From NCBI GenBank assembly GCA_904063045.1, contig CAJFCJ010000005.1, positions 1,503,988 through 1,567,987 of the forward strand: a DNA stretch of 64,000 nt. Reading direction: 5' to 3'. Origin of the DNA: Dimorphilus gyrociliatus. Lineage: Eukaryota > Animalia > Annelida. Made by a program: the position numbers and the translations under genes. This document shows positions 27,256 to 41,190 of this stretch, in pieces; the stretch's first letter is position 1; the number at the start of each line of letters is the position of its first letter. The notes under the pieces were generated by a model. The model did no database searches. It was not told the DNA's origin and worked only from the letters and a program-made list of their open reading frames with translations.

Positions 27256-27361
27256 TGTCGTTCGAGTTTTTGACTCTTTGTGACTCTTAGCGGTGTTCAA
27301 AGTCTTGAAACGAAAAACTCTTCGATATCAACCAGTTTCTATTGCAATCCAAAATAAAAAC

Positions 27362-28388
27362 ATGGCGTTCTACACGGCTATTTTGGGACGAGCATTTCAC
27401 AAGAATAATAAACTTTTGTCTACTTTTTGTCGCAAAAGACTTTTTGAAGTGAACCGAACTATTTGTAATTACAATTTGCAACTTTCTAAAACCAGATGGA
27501 TGTGTCAATGTAACGACAAACGACTTAATTCCTTATTTTCGCCCAATCTGCAACAAATTCGTTATATCTCACTCTCACCCGTCTCCAGAGATAAAGAAAG
27601 TATTTCAGAAAAGATAGTTAAGGATAAAATTGTTACTGTGCCAAATATTTTGACATTATCTAGGGTAGTAATGACACCAATTCTTTCTTACTTAATTTTA
27701 AATGGTCAACTGAATACGGCATGTGGAGTATTCGTATTAGCAGGATTAACCGATCTCCTTGACGGCTATATTGCAAGAAATGTTCCTGGGCAGAAGTCAG
27801 CCTTTGGAAGTTTTATGGATCCTTTAGCAGACAAATTACTCGTGTCTACTATGTTTATTTCTTTGACCGTTGTTCAACTTATGCCTTTACCCTTAACTGT
27901 TATTGTTTTCTTAAGGGATATTACATTAATTATTGCAGCCTTCTATGTCCGATATATCTCGCTACCACCACCGAGAACATTTTACAGGTTATAGATATAA
28001 GCAAAACTTACAATTTTTTACCCTAAAAATATTAACTAAATATTTTTATATATAACCTAGAACAACGTGTAATTTGAAGGCTTTTCGAGTACATGTTAAA
28101 TATATAACCTATTTATGGTACAGATACTTCGATGCAACCCACGCCACTTCTGAACTCAGACCCACTTTGATAAGCAAATGGAATACGGCATTGCAGCTGA
28201 GCACCGTAGCCTTAACTTTAGTCTCCCCGGTTCTTGGTTTACAAGACAATTGGCTTTTGCCTGGACTCTGTTGGCTAACTGCCGGAACCACCGTAGTATC
28301 AGGAATTCAGTACATCTTTGCAAAAGACACGTTCAAGATTATAAGTGCAAGCAGACAAAAAATGAAATTGAAAAATTCAACAAAATAA
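27362..28388 (+). CDS. CRLS1: Cardiolipin synthase (CDP-alcohol phosphatidyltransferase), with mitochondrial presequence; 1 intron near 27989-28123
   Basis: TVPNILTLSR, AGLTDLLDGYIARN...SAFGSFMDPLADK, RYFDATHATSELRPTLISKWNT; Arg-rich, acid-poor N-terminus. Confidence 0.95.
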
Positions 28389-28867
28389 AAGCAAAGAAAA
28401 TTAGATTATTTTTTTGGACGAAGGCTGTGTAATAAATATTGCTAATTGATGTGAACATGAAAAACTGAATAATTTTAATTGCAAACCAGTTTATATTTGA
28501 GATTTTTAATAAATGAAATAAATATTTTTCATTTATGCTATTTTGCTAGTGCATTCTCCTACATTCTACGAAATGGACATTATAAAATGCTTCAGGAAAT
28601 CTGATTAGACAGTGGACTTTGTCCATGTAATCTCAATATCCGACGAAATTCCATTTAGGCTATTATGTTAATGCAATAAGTTGCTAACAGTTCGCGTCGT
28701 TAAGTAATTTTGTTATGCCTCGAAAATCTCTTAGTTTGATAAAACATGAACAATTTTGACAATAGTCATTCAGATAAAACTTTGTAAAACGAGATGTCGC
28801 TTTTGCATTCTATATCACATGATAGACCACATGATCAATACGAGCGATAAAGCATTTGTTGTTGGAG

Positions 28868-30080
28868 ATGTTTCTTTTTACTATATTGATTTTATGTCTA
28901 AATATATTTAATTGTGTTTCAGAAAATCAGGTTCTATATTGAAATATGTTCTTGTGAAACTAATCTATTCTAACTATTCCTTTTAATAGGTTGAAATTCC
29001 TGTTATATGTTCTCCAACAAGCCAGAGAACTTTCTTCAAGGGATATTGCAATGGTGCTGAAGAAATAATAAGAGATAGATGTTGTATAATAAAAAAAAAG
29101 AACTTAACGAAAATAATAGGGTATGATTTTTGATTAATCTTTTATATAAAGAAAATCGCATTAATTACAATTGATTTTTCCCCCACAAACAGTTTCGACT
29201 TTAGTAACAACCAATTAAACAGTTGGGATATTCTAAAGAATATATCGAACCATAGAAGAGATGTAGAAATTTTGTATGCCTTATAATATAAAAACTCTAT
29301 ATATTACTAACTTCCATTTTTTAGGTTAATGGATAATAACGGACTAGAACCTTTACAAGAAAAGGATCTTGTTTTTAAATTTGAAGGATTTATTCGTTTA
29401 GAAAATTTGTGAGTACAATTTGTAGCTTCCAAAAGAAAATATTAGTTTCGTAAAATTTTGGGAGGTAAATAGATAAGGGTAATTAAAAACATGTTCATTA
29501 ACGAGTAGTTAAGTCTGAAATAAGGGGCCAGGGCGAATGAAACTCGTTTTGGATTAAATCAAAAATTATTTGACATTTTCGGTCGCATTCGTAATAATAC
29601 AAAGGATAATAATTTTATTTTTCAGAACATTACCACTAAACTCTTTACCGAATAAAACTTGCCCTGGCGGTAAACAATTTTGGCTATATTCGAATATTAG
29701 TGATAATAAACTAACTTGTCAAGGGATAGTGGATGTCTGCACAGGTTGATTTTTATCAACAGACTTATTACATTCTTTTTTTTAAATTTGATTATCCTAT
29801 TTATAGATCCTTGTCCAGAAAATTCTGAATGTCATCGAGATGGACCAGGTCTCAGACTCTGTCTTTGCATGCCCGGATTTCATGGATATAAGTGTCTTAA
29901 AGAGGTAAGCAAATAATTATATAATTTTGACAATTATAAAATACTTAAATGTATTTTTGTCTGCGAATGAAGGGAAAATTCAAACTACCAGCATATTTAG
30001 GGTCTCTTTTAAGCGCAATCGTTGCTACATCAGGAATTTTATGGTTTACGCAAAGAAGAAAAATTATTAAGAGAGATTAA
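28868..30080 (+). CDS. ATRAID: All-trans retinoic acid-induced differentiation factor (APR-3): signal peptide, LRR-like region, EGF, TM; about 7 small exons
   Basis: Signal MFLFTILILCLNIFNC; ...FEGFIRLENL|TLP..CPGG..W; CPENSECHRDGPGLRLCLCMPGFHGYKCLKE|GKF...ILWFTQRRKIIKRD*. Confidence 0.88.
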
Positions 30081-30194
30081 CTAAACCAGTTTTTCATTTA
30101 TTTTTTATCGTGGATATAAGAACATTAGCTTATAACCAATTGTTCTAATATGTGACATATATATACTACATAATAAAGATTTGTATATTTATGA

Positions 30195-33100
30195 TTATAC
30201 TAATTCATAGTCACTTTCTTCGTCACTTAAATAATCGTAACAATTCGATATTTTTTCATTTTGTACCAACTGTTCTGGTGGATTTGACATGCAAATCAGA
30301 TTTGACGTAGCTTTTTCTAGCATTATTTTATCGTTTCCTATTTTCTCATCTTCAAGTTGACAAGCCAATTTTCCATTCGGGTTATGATAGTTTGAACTTA
30401 ATGTCTGAGGTTGTGAGGAATCGATAAAGCTATCATCAGAGTCAATACTAGGTTCAGAAGTATTTGTGGATTTTTTTGTGGACTGTTGAAGTGACACATT
30501 ATCGTCGTCGCTGAAGAGACTGCCTTCAAGTTTTTCATTTGACTTCTGAAAGAGCCAATCATGGCATGAATAAAAATCTTTTACTATTTGCATCAAATAG
30601 AAGTACTAACAGAACGTGATCTTCCAAAGTTTGGACCTATAGACCGTCGTCCATAATGTCTATTGGACATAGATAGCCATTTAGTAGCTATTTTCAAGTC
30701 CTTTTCACGGTCAGGATTGGCTTTTAATTTTTTTTGGGAGGAATTCTACAAACAAAAAGGATTATTTGAAAGTTAAGATTGACATGAACGTTACCGAACA
30801 ATGATACTCCTTATTGGGTGAAATGTCAGTTGAAGATAGGTTTTTCTCTGTGTCTTCTTTTTCTTTAATTTTTCTACTTCTTCTAAGCTCAGAACTTCTC
30901 GACTTTGTTTGTGAGCTTGTTTGAGATGGAGTTGCTGATGAATTAGAGCCATCTCTTGAATTAAGCTGAGTTGAACGTCGTTTTTTCCCCCATATTTTCT
31001 TTTCATCTAAAACTGAACCTTGGCTAGGATCCCATTCTACATCCATTTCGCGTTTCTTCTGCTTCGAAAATGGAGTGGAAACAGGTGATAAATCCTCTTC
31101 GTCTGTTGTACTTTCATAATATATTTTTCGTCTTTTCGTCGATGAGCTTAATTTTCTATGAGAGCTTGTTCTGAATGCTCCTCTTTTCGGGGAAGGCGTT
31201 TTTGTTAGGAACAATTTTGACTTTTCAGAATCTCCTGCAATTGTTTCGCTAAGCAGCGACATTCTTTTTAAAGAGTTGTTTGTATCTTTCTCTTCGTCAT
31301 CTGTAGATTCGGACTTTGAACTAATCGCCTTATTTGTTTCTGTTGGAAGTCAGCAGTAGTAAAAGGATTTTAGAAATACTATATGTAATTTACCTGAATC
31401 TTCAGTGGAACAATCCAACATAGGATAATTCAATGAAACACTTTCATCTTCCTGCTTTTTGTCTAATGAGCTTTTAAAATTCTTTGAAAAGCTTTGATTA
31501 CTTTTCGTATCTGATAAATAGTCATTGTCGGAATCATCTTTCAACTTGGGATTCGCAACAACTGTTATTTCATCATCTGAACTTGATGATTTAAGCCTAG
31601 TGACACTATCATATTCATCTTCTGAAGTTTTATTGTCACTAGGCGCTGACAAACCTTGGTTTCTAAAGATGAGATTATAAGAATCTATTATCCAATGCAA
31701 ATGCTCAAGTAACAAATTGTTTTGTTTTTGATCATTAGGATTGCGTTCGCAAGTATCTGCAATGCATAATTGCATATTTCATGCGTAAATATATTAAATA
31801 TAAAAGGAAATACCATCTGACAGTTCATGTAGGAGAGTAGAGGTAAATCTCTTCAGAGACAGAATACGTGTTTCGTCAATATTTTCGAGTATGTATTTTA
31901 GTACATTCTTTGTATTATCCGTACAGACTTCACTTTTTGCATTTGTTAAAATTAACAGCAACTCTTCTACATAATTAATTGATTGTAAAAAAATTCGTTT
32001 ATCCTTAAATAGATTAAATTGCCAAGTTACCTAAATCGTGATCCTCAAGATTAATTATAGACTCTTTTGCTAATTCGGAAAAGTTATTTGATATATCTAC
32101 GAGAGTAATAATAATCCAGATAGATTAAATATAAGATTGCATTACAATTAGTTTACTTTTCAATAAATCATTGATATTAGGTATAGCAATTTTTTCGCAC
32201 TCAATCAGCTCATCAATACTATCCTCTTCTGTATAATCTCTAAGTATTAAAATTAACTAATAATAATAATAATCATATGACAGATGTGAAGTAACTTACG
32301 TTTGCTCCACCGACTCATCATTACTTTCCTCTTCTGTATTCTCTCTAAGTATTAAAAATAAGTAATAATGATAATCATATGACAGATGTGAAGTAACTTA
32401 CGATTGCTCCACCGACTCATCCATACTTTCCTCTTCTTCTGTATTCTCTCTAAGCATTAGAAATTATTAATAATAACAATCATATTACAGATGTGAAGTA
32501 ACTTACGATTGCTCCACCGACTCATCCATACTTTCCTCTTCTTCTGTATTCTCTCTAAGAATTAAAAATTACTGATAATAACAATCATATTACAGATGTA
32601 CAGTAACTTACATTTGCTCCTCTTCTCGACTAATAACCTTCCATAAACTTTTCGCATCTTCCGATGCTGTAAACACTTCATCGTTTTGGATATTAACTGC
32701 TATCGCTTGAATCTTGATTAAAAATTAAATTTCAAGCTAAATAACGACTAGCAATAGAAGTCTAAATTAAATATAACCTTGTCTTCGTGATGTAATATTG
32801 ACTGCAAACATTCCCCATTAACTATATTCCAAAACTTTATTTGTCCATCTATTGACCCGCTTGAGAGTTGGTCGTAATTAAGAAAGTCAAAATCTAATAT
32901 AGGGCTATTATGTCCTTTAAAAGTCTAAATATAAGAGTTTCAATTAGAGAGAGGATACCAATATTAGTTAAATATAACCTGAAGGTATTGATAAGATTGT
33001 GAAGACCAAAGTTTTAGAGTTTTGTCAAAAGAGGATGTTACAAAAACCTTTAGGGGGAAATAAAGAGTATGTAAACTTCCCACTTAATGGCATTAAATAA

Positions 33101-35932
33101 CATCTAACCTTATCAAAAGGTGAGAATTTCCCACAAGAGACGATATCAGTATGTTTTGAGCAAATTGCAACAGAACCAAGATCCCCATAATCCCAAACCT
33201 TTTTTATTGTATAATCGTTAACAATTTACATTTGACGGCGAATTTGCTAAAATTCATTAATTTACCTTTGCTAGCTTATCATTGGAAACGGATAGAAGTA
33301 CCGAATCCTCCGGATCAACTTCAATATAGTTAATTTGTAATTTATGTGCTTGAATAGAATTCAAGAATTTTAATTTAGCCAATGAACGTGTTTTAGGCTT
33401 TATTGTCCATTTCTGAAGTTCTCCGCAAGAAGTTGCAACAATCACACATGATTTTGATTGTCTAATATTATTGTTTTTATATGAAAAATAAAGAATTTTA
33501 AATGTTTTTTTATTAAGAAATATTCTTACTTTGGGAAAGCAACAGCAGTTATTGATTTCTTATGATTTAGCCTCGCAATAGAACGAAATTCACTGCGATC
33601 GCAATTCCATAGGATAATTTTACTGTCCTTCAAACACGTAACAAAAATGTTGTCATATTGAAATTGTTCATTTTTTTAATTGAAATATTAATTTACATTT
33701 TAGACAAAGATGTTTTTATTTCATTGGAATTTGATAAATATACACTAAATAAATAAAAGAAAATCCTTTATTAAATAACACTTAAATTTTACTATTACTG
33801 GTACTGTCGTTTTTAAGGGTAAGGACAATAGTTTCCAGTTCTGCATTCCATATTAGAATAGCTACAGTCTAGTTGCAAGTTTAATTTAAAAAAGAAAATA
33901 AACTAGAGAATATTTCTATATGTTTTCTAAGCTTACAAGATTCCTACAAATTGATGTAAATGATAGAAATAATTTCAATTTTTAAGATAAATTTACAAAC
34001 CTTACTGACGCTGACGAGTAACGAGAGAGATTTATGAATGTCAATAGCACAAATATTATCTCTATGACCGGTAAGGGTTATTATTTCAGCTGTCCTTATA
34101 TTCAGAATATTTAATAAATTATTATTTGAGTTTGTGACAATTTGGTCATTGCCATAAAATTTTGCTGTGACGATATCATTATGTCCCCCGTAATACTGCA
34201 ATAAAATACAAATTAGCGATTTTTTGGGAGGAACATAGTCGATAATATAATACTTGTTTTATTCTGCTCAAATCATCAAAATCATAAAAAAGTAATGCCC
34301 CTTCATTTGTACCGAGACATATATTTTGTTTCTTCGACACGAAAAATGCAGATGAAATAAATCTCTTTGATTTGTCTTCAATTCTTCCAAAGAGCTGTAA
34401 CCAGAAGCATGAAGTGAGTTAAGTCACTAGAACATGTCACATAAAGCAAACCGGAATATCAATTGGTTCTGGCAATTCACTGATTCTTTTTCCTGATTTT
34501 GTCAAATAAAAATGAAATTTTCCTGTCAAACAAAATACAAAATTAGAATGGGAACAAATTTAAAATCATTCAAGACGGCTACCTTGTTCACTGATTGTTA
34601 AAAAACATTCTGTACCATCGATAGAAAGTAACTTCTTAATACGAAATTTAATTGGCATAATAATTAACGATATAACTGGCTAATAAGATAAAATATTAAA
34701 AATTATTATGTAATAAGAATGAAGCTATAATTTATCCATATTTTTTACTTCTGATATATCAATTTTAAATAAGATTTCGGCCAAGTTCAACTCCCATATT
34801 ATAATTAGATTATCTTTAGCTGTGCTAAAAAGTTTAAAAGAAAATTTTATTATTCTATTTTGATTATCGTTCAAAAAATATATAACCTTATCATTCTTTT
34901 ATCATCACTTGTTATAATAAAGGAAGTGACAGAAAGTTTATGACCAAGAAATTGCTTGCTACCACCTTCTTTTAGATTCCAACTTATTATCACTCCTAAT
35001 TCAGAACCAGTAAGCAAATATCGTTGACCTTCTTTCAGGTAGAAATTGATTGCGCTAGTTTTTAGGAAATTTTTTATTAGGCTTACTTTGACTTCTAATA
35101 CTTACGTAACACTATCGCATTCAATATTTATATCGTCGAGGAAAATTCGATCATCTATATTCCATATTCTACATTTATCATCAAAACTTCCAAAAGTTAG
35201 CCAAGATGACGTAGAGTCTATTGCCATGCATGTAATTATACACTGGTGATTACTCTGAGAGGAAAAAGTTACCGTTATATTGCGTATATATAGTACTAAT
35301 TTAAAAAATACATCAAAATCAAATAATGAACACTCCATGAAAACGTCATATTGGGTAATTCTCAAATTTTCTCGACAAATGAAGATATACTGAAAACTAA
35401 ACCCTTAAAATCAATCCTCACGTAATGTATTATCATATTCACCTTTTCATTTGGTGTCAACTGGAAACAAGTTAAAGGATATTCTTCGTTCTGTAATCAA
35501 CTACTTTACAAATGTATACAGTTTTGTCTATTAGACCTACTCTTCCATATCTTCGTTCAATTTGCCCATAATTATAGGAAATACAGAAAACTTGACTCGT
35601 GTAGGGTGTAAATATATATTGACCGTCCTTGGTTATCTGTGAAGCATTAAACTCTTGTATTTATCAAATTTCAACAGGGCCGCGAAATAATTAACTATTC
35701 TTCTTACGTATATTTTTCCGCCCGAGAAGTATGGCCCGTAGTCGATTTTTGGAGCAAAACTATAAATTAAGTAAGAAACAGTTGTACTCTTGTTAAATGA
35801 AAACTAGTTAACTATATGCAGAAATTTGAGTATTTGCAAAGCAAATGACGTCCACCACACGTTTTTAAGTGATTCTTTGCGCTAGTAATTTCGGAAAAAA
35901 GTTTACCTTTTAATGAGTTTTTGCCTGTTCAT
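30195..35932 (-). CDS. TBL3: Divergent TBL3/UTP13-like WD40 protein (SSU processome UTP-B) with repeat insert and long C-terminal extension; many small exons
   Basis: MNRQKLIKS|FAPKIDYGPYFSGGKIY; NEEYPLTCFQLTPNEK; CMAIDSTSSWLTFGSFDDKCRIWN; GGHNDIVTAKF; LTGHRDNICAIDIH; AHKLQINYIEVDPED; HHEDK; then a degenerate Utp13 helical region. All collinear with TBL3. Confidence 0.78.
32240..32611 (-). repeat. Tandem repeat of about 105 bp; each unit is one 45-48 nt exon plus one 57-60 nt intron
   Basis: CAGATGT(G/A)(A/C)AGTAACTTAC occurs 4 times. Exons 32554-32507, 32449-32402 and 32344-32300 encode ENTEEEESMDESVEQS-like peptides. Confidence 0.95.
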
Positions 35933-36734
35933 TATATAAGTCTATTATAATAAGTAAAATCAAGACTATAAACGGATTCTTTACAAAACGCTGCTGAAAA
36001 CGTGTACGATCAGTTGAAATTTTCCCACGATGTCTTAATAACCAATCAACAATTGATTTTGACAATTTCGTAATACGTCTTAAACTGGTAATATATATTT
36101 TGTTGACGCATTTCAGGTTTTTTTCAAGTGGTAATTAATTATTTTTTTTTATTTTTAAAATTTATTCAAAAAGTGAAAAAAAAGGAAGAAAAAAATTAAT
36201 AAGTGTACGAAAAAAATTTTAATAACGTAAACCGTTTTAAAATATGAGATAATTTGATGACTTTTATTATTTTTCCTAACAATCAAATAGAATATATCTT
36301 ATAGTATAAATACTTGTATTGTTCAACAATAACAGACAATTTTCGTGTTATAAATGCTATTTTAAAGTCTGCAGATTTTTTTTTCAGCGTATGAGAAAAA
36401 TGACCAAGATAAAGTTTATTGTAAAAATAAACAAAAATCTTCTGCTTCCCTTCTATAAATATATCAGCCGATCCTATTTCTGATATTACATATGATTTTG
36501 CGAGTTCAAATTCCGTGAAAATTTCAACAATAGAAAGCAGATAACATATAAACATTCTGTAAAAAAGTTGGAGTATTATGATCAATGTTGGCTTACGTTT
36601 ATATAGGCAATATAGTATATATTTCTTTTTTATAGATAGCTAGATTTAATTGATAGCATGTTTTTATATAATATTTTATTGGTACTATTTACGTAGGCGT
36701 TAACTTCTTATCGAGTAACATGTAAACATAAAGC

Positions 36735-38322
36735 ATGGAGTGGCCAAGAGAAACTGATCAAGCTTATCCTGAATTATTTACTAAACCCCCACCGCAACCA
36801 ATAGAGAAAAAGCAAGGGCAATTAACTTATAAACAACTTGAGCAGTTTTTCAGCGAAGTTTATTACATCTAAAAGTATAGGCAATTAGAATCTTTTGGAA
36901 CAATTGTTCTTTATTTCAGGGATACCTGATTGTTGATAACTTCTTCGATATAGAAAAAGATCTTGAGCCCTGTAAAAAGGCTATTGAAAAGGAAGTAGAC
37001 TACTGTGCAAATATTCTCTACGAAAATGGAAAAGTTAAAAGTATACTTTTAGTTTCTCTCAAGTTTAGCCGAATTATTAAAATAAAATATGCAAAATTTT
37101 AGAAAAAGAGCTCTTTGTATGTTGTCAAATTTTAGTTTTTCAGCCTTTAAGTAGGTTTTACCATAAAGCTGAGAGAAGCACTCTGTGCAATAGAAATAAA
37201 TAATAATCAGCGTTTGTGATCTATTTTATTTGTGTCTGATATTTTTAGTATTTATTCAAAACTGGCTTAAATTAACAATTGAAAACATATTTCCGCTTAG
37301 ATAAATACGAAGACAGGGGTCTTTTTGAAAGACTCACGTGTTTAGGAAAAGAATATCCTGGAGCTAACCTTGTAGCAAGAAAGCTGCGAAATTTACCGCA
37401 AGCCCTACGGCTTTTATGGACAAACGAAAAACTATTGAATGTTGTAGAGCAAATAGTTGGACCTGATATCCAGGGGCATCCTGTTTGGGCTCTACGCACT
37501 AAAACTCCCCAGAACGAAGCAACAACAGTACCATGGCACCAGGATAGCGCCTTTCTAGATAACGATTCTTACAAGGTCCTACAACTAACAGCGTGGATTC
37601 CTTTTCTTGATGCCACAGAAGAAAACGGATGCATGCAAGTTGTCCGTAGAGCTCATAGAAAGGGTAAAGTAGCCACACATCAGTGCTGTGCCGGCAATAC
37701 CTGGTATGTTATCTTAGAGGAAGAAGAAATAGAAAGAACACTGGGTATTTTCTCGCAAGACAAAATCTGTAGAGCTTCCTTTAATTATTCTCGTTTTAGG
37801 TGCTAATATGAAGAAGGATGTTGTAACTTGTCCAGTACCATATGGAGGAATGCTTTTATTCAGTAATCTACTTCCTCACCAAAGGTTTTTAATTTATACG
37901 AAATTTATTGTGTTGGCTATGAAATACGTATTTTCAGTTTGCTCAATCAATCGGATAAAATACGATGGTCTGTCGACTTCCGTTGGCAAACATCCAAGGA
38001 GAAAGTTGGATTTTGGGGACTAAAACCAGGTGTGCAAATGAGAATGTCTAATAAGCCAGATTTCACAATAGATTGGTCCGAGTTTGATGCTATAAATCGA
38101 TACAACGTTATGGCTCAACACGAAAATGTATTATTATACTTGACATTCATCTAAGAAAACCTAATTAATAATCATTCTTTTCATTTTAAGGAAAATTACT
38201 TAGAGACTGTAGTTACAGGACCGTGGATGAAAAAGTGGGAATTAATCCATCATAACCATCATGTTAATGCACTCTTAAAACAAAACGAACAAGACTCGTA
38301 CGATAATATTGTTAATCCTTAA
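36735..38322 (+). CDS. Phytanoyl-CoA dioxygenase (PhyH)-family Fe(II)/2-oxoglutarate dioxygenase, 6 exons
   Basis: GYLIVDNFF; VPWHQDS (HxD); TAWIPFLDATEENGCM; LLFSNLLPH; RWSVDFRWQ (2OG-binding Arg). Confidence 0.92.
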
Positions 38323-39664
38323 TTAACCATTGAAGTTGTTTCCCGTCACGTATAGAAACTCGGTTTTAAATACACACAATTCAATTATGATTTAGTCTAC
38401 CGATTTTTTTGGCTTTTTGTAGCGTATTTGTCGCGATTGATCGTTAAAATTTCAATTGTTTAGGAACCAAACAAAGTATACATTGTAAAATTATCAAACA
38501 ATAAATGTAGGCATTAGTCCACTTAAAAGAGAACTTCGTTTTACAAACCGGAATTGATACCTTTTTATTATGCTAACGGTGACAGTGAAAGGAATCAATA
38601 AAGTTGTTGGACATTGTAAATGCTTTCTAATGCATAGTTTTCTGTCATTTCTCAAATTAAACTAAATCACTATTTATATCGTAAATTGCAAACACATCTT
38701 GTCTTAAGTGTTTTCTTCTATTTAATCTGTTAAACAATTGTTTTAAAACCAAATTCAATACTGTACAGCCTCTACTTTCGAAAATTTAGCAAAAGGAAAA
38801 TAAAATGTAAGACTTTAACGATTTATTTATGATATTATATCATCGCTATTGATTTTTGTTTAAAGCTATTATTATCCTTTATTTATAAATATCTACTTGT
38901 ATACGGTATACAAATATATATATATATATTTTTTTCTGGATTTTTATATACTACATGCAATATAAGAAATGGAAACAAATATTTAAATTCTAGTAATACA
39001 CCTATCAAGTGAAAATTAAGAACATTATGTTTACGAAAACCCTCATCTTATTCTTTGATCTGTAGAACGAGTATCGGAATAAAGTAGATTTTTCCGTTGC
39101 CCTTCCTAGTATGATAGGCCTAACTAATAAGTTTGGGCAGGCTTTACCTTTTCTTTGAACTAGATAAAGTTACGTCTAAGTATATATCATAAGCATTGAT
39201 CATATTTGACTTGAACATGAGAGAAAGCATATACTGTATATGTTCACTGAACAGGAAAAGGGCCGTTATATTCTACTAATTATCAATAATTTAAGAAGTT
39301 TAAATCACTCGGTCAAGTTGTGTAAGTCTAAAAGTTCTAATACTTTTATATTGAATATTCCATACAACTAAAAAGAATTCTTTGACTGTGATTTTCTATC
39401 AGAATTTACAAGATCAACAGCAAATATCACTGTTGTCATTCGAAAGTATTCAAGAGGATAACCGAACACTTTTAGCACGTTTTATAGAAGTTTTATAAAA
39501 TACGGACAAGGAAAAAGAGTCGGATTATAGACGTAAAGGAAATTGAAGAGGAACACAAGGACTTAATTACAACGAAACGAATCGAAATTACTGATCTATT
39601 AAAGCCTATGATCGATTAAAATTCTAAAGAGGAACGTTCGAGGAACAAATCAATTATATACAAC

Positions 39665-40798
39665 ATGGCTAAAAATGTCCGTAAAATTGAAAGATTGAAA
39701 ATATACAAGGATTTATGTATGGTAAACAAAGATTTTATTAAAGAAAGACAACTTTTAATTTTGTGTTTTTTTTTCTAACCTAAATAGGACAGTCGACAGA
39801 TTGTAAAAGATACGGTTAAGGAGCATATATCTGCAGATCCAAAATGTCGGATTTTTTCTAAACTGGAATTTAGATGTTTAGTAAACGATTACACGACAAT
39901 TATCTTCAGAGAAGTAGGCTTAATCGTCTATAATATTAATGCATTGTACTTATGTCTAACTCTGTTTTTGACTGAATAATACTAAATTGTTAGATTCAGA
40001 AGCGTTTCCCGTCTGAAGTGTACTTGAACAAAAAGTCTTTGGTAATAAATGAGCAACGTGATTCTCAAAATAGATCGTCTAACAATACAATTCAAACCTT
40101 GACCGAGTACTTTATTAAAAATCTTCCTGATGAAAATTTAACGCCAGGAAGCGCTGTCAACGTAGAGCAAACTCGGAGAACAACTAAATACCAGAGTACT
40201 TTTATAGAGAAAAGGAAAGTCATGGAATTACAAACTCCCTTATGTATGGTACAGCAAATTAATATTTAATACTAATTCTCTATTTTAAACAATAGCAATG
40301 CAGACCGGTATACGAATTAAGTATCCAAATAGAGAAGAAATATACCAGAAGCAGCGTAAGCCGAACAAAAAAGCTATAATTGAGTCTAAGAAACGATTGG
40401 ACGAATCTAGTCGGACAAAAAATTCTTTCAAGTTATATAAAGGAGATGATATTAGGTACACCAAACTTCAAGTAAGGCTTACAGATTACGAATTAGACCG
40501 CAAATGCTGTTGTTACCGAACAAGTTACACCTGGCGAAGCAGATTATCTGAGGAGCCTCAGTACACTACTCAGTTTACCCCTGTCTTGCTTACTAAAGCA
40601 AACTGGATAGACGGCGACGATGTTTTATCAGTTGGAGAGATTTCGGACGAGGATTGTGAAAATCAGGCGACGAAAGCCGATTTACAGAAAAACTCAATTC
40701 AAGAAAAAACTAAACCCAGTTCAGGAAGGAGTGCCTCAAGAATCAAATCGGATAAGAAAACTAAAAAACGTGTCAGAATTGATTATGAAAATAGATGA
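39665..40798 (+). CDS. Uncharacterised basic protein, 4 predicted exons
   Basis: MAKNVRKIERLKIYKDLCM|DSRQIV...IIFRE|IQKRFPSE...QTPL|SMQTGIRIKYP...; GT-AG sites keep frame; no recognisable domain. Confidence 0.6.
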
Positions 40799-41190
40799 TA
40801 ACTAATTTTTGAGAAGTTTGGAAAATGAAACTTATACAAAAAAAACAATAGTGTATTTATATTTTAAGAAAAAATGCATCATACATGAAATATAATACAT
40901 TAGAAAAAAGCCAAAAATAAAAATTGTCATTTTATAATAAATATTTTTGCAAAAAAGAACCAAAAGAACAATGCAAACAAGAATTAAAAAAAAATAAAAA
41001 TAAAAAAAAATGATAAAAATTTATAATAGAGGTTCCTACCGCGAGAAATTTCTTTTTTGACTCACTCAAAAAAAGTTAAAATTAGTTGTTCAAACGCTAT
41101 CACAGTTTACTACATAAATATAAACTTAAAATCTACGGTAAAAATTCGCGTTTTTTTTGTAGTCAGATGGCCAAAATAAACGCCAGAAAC

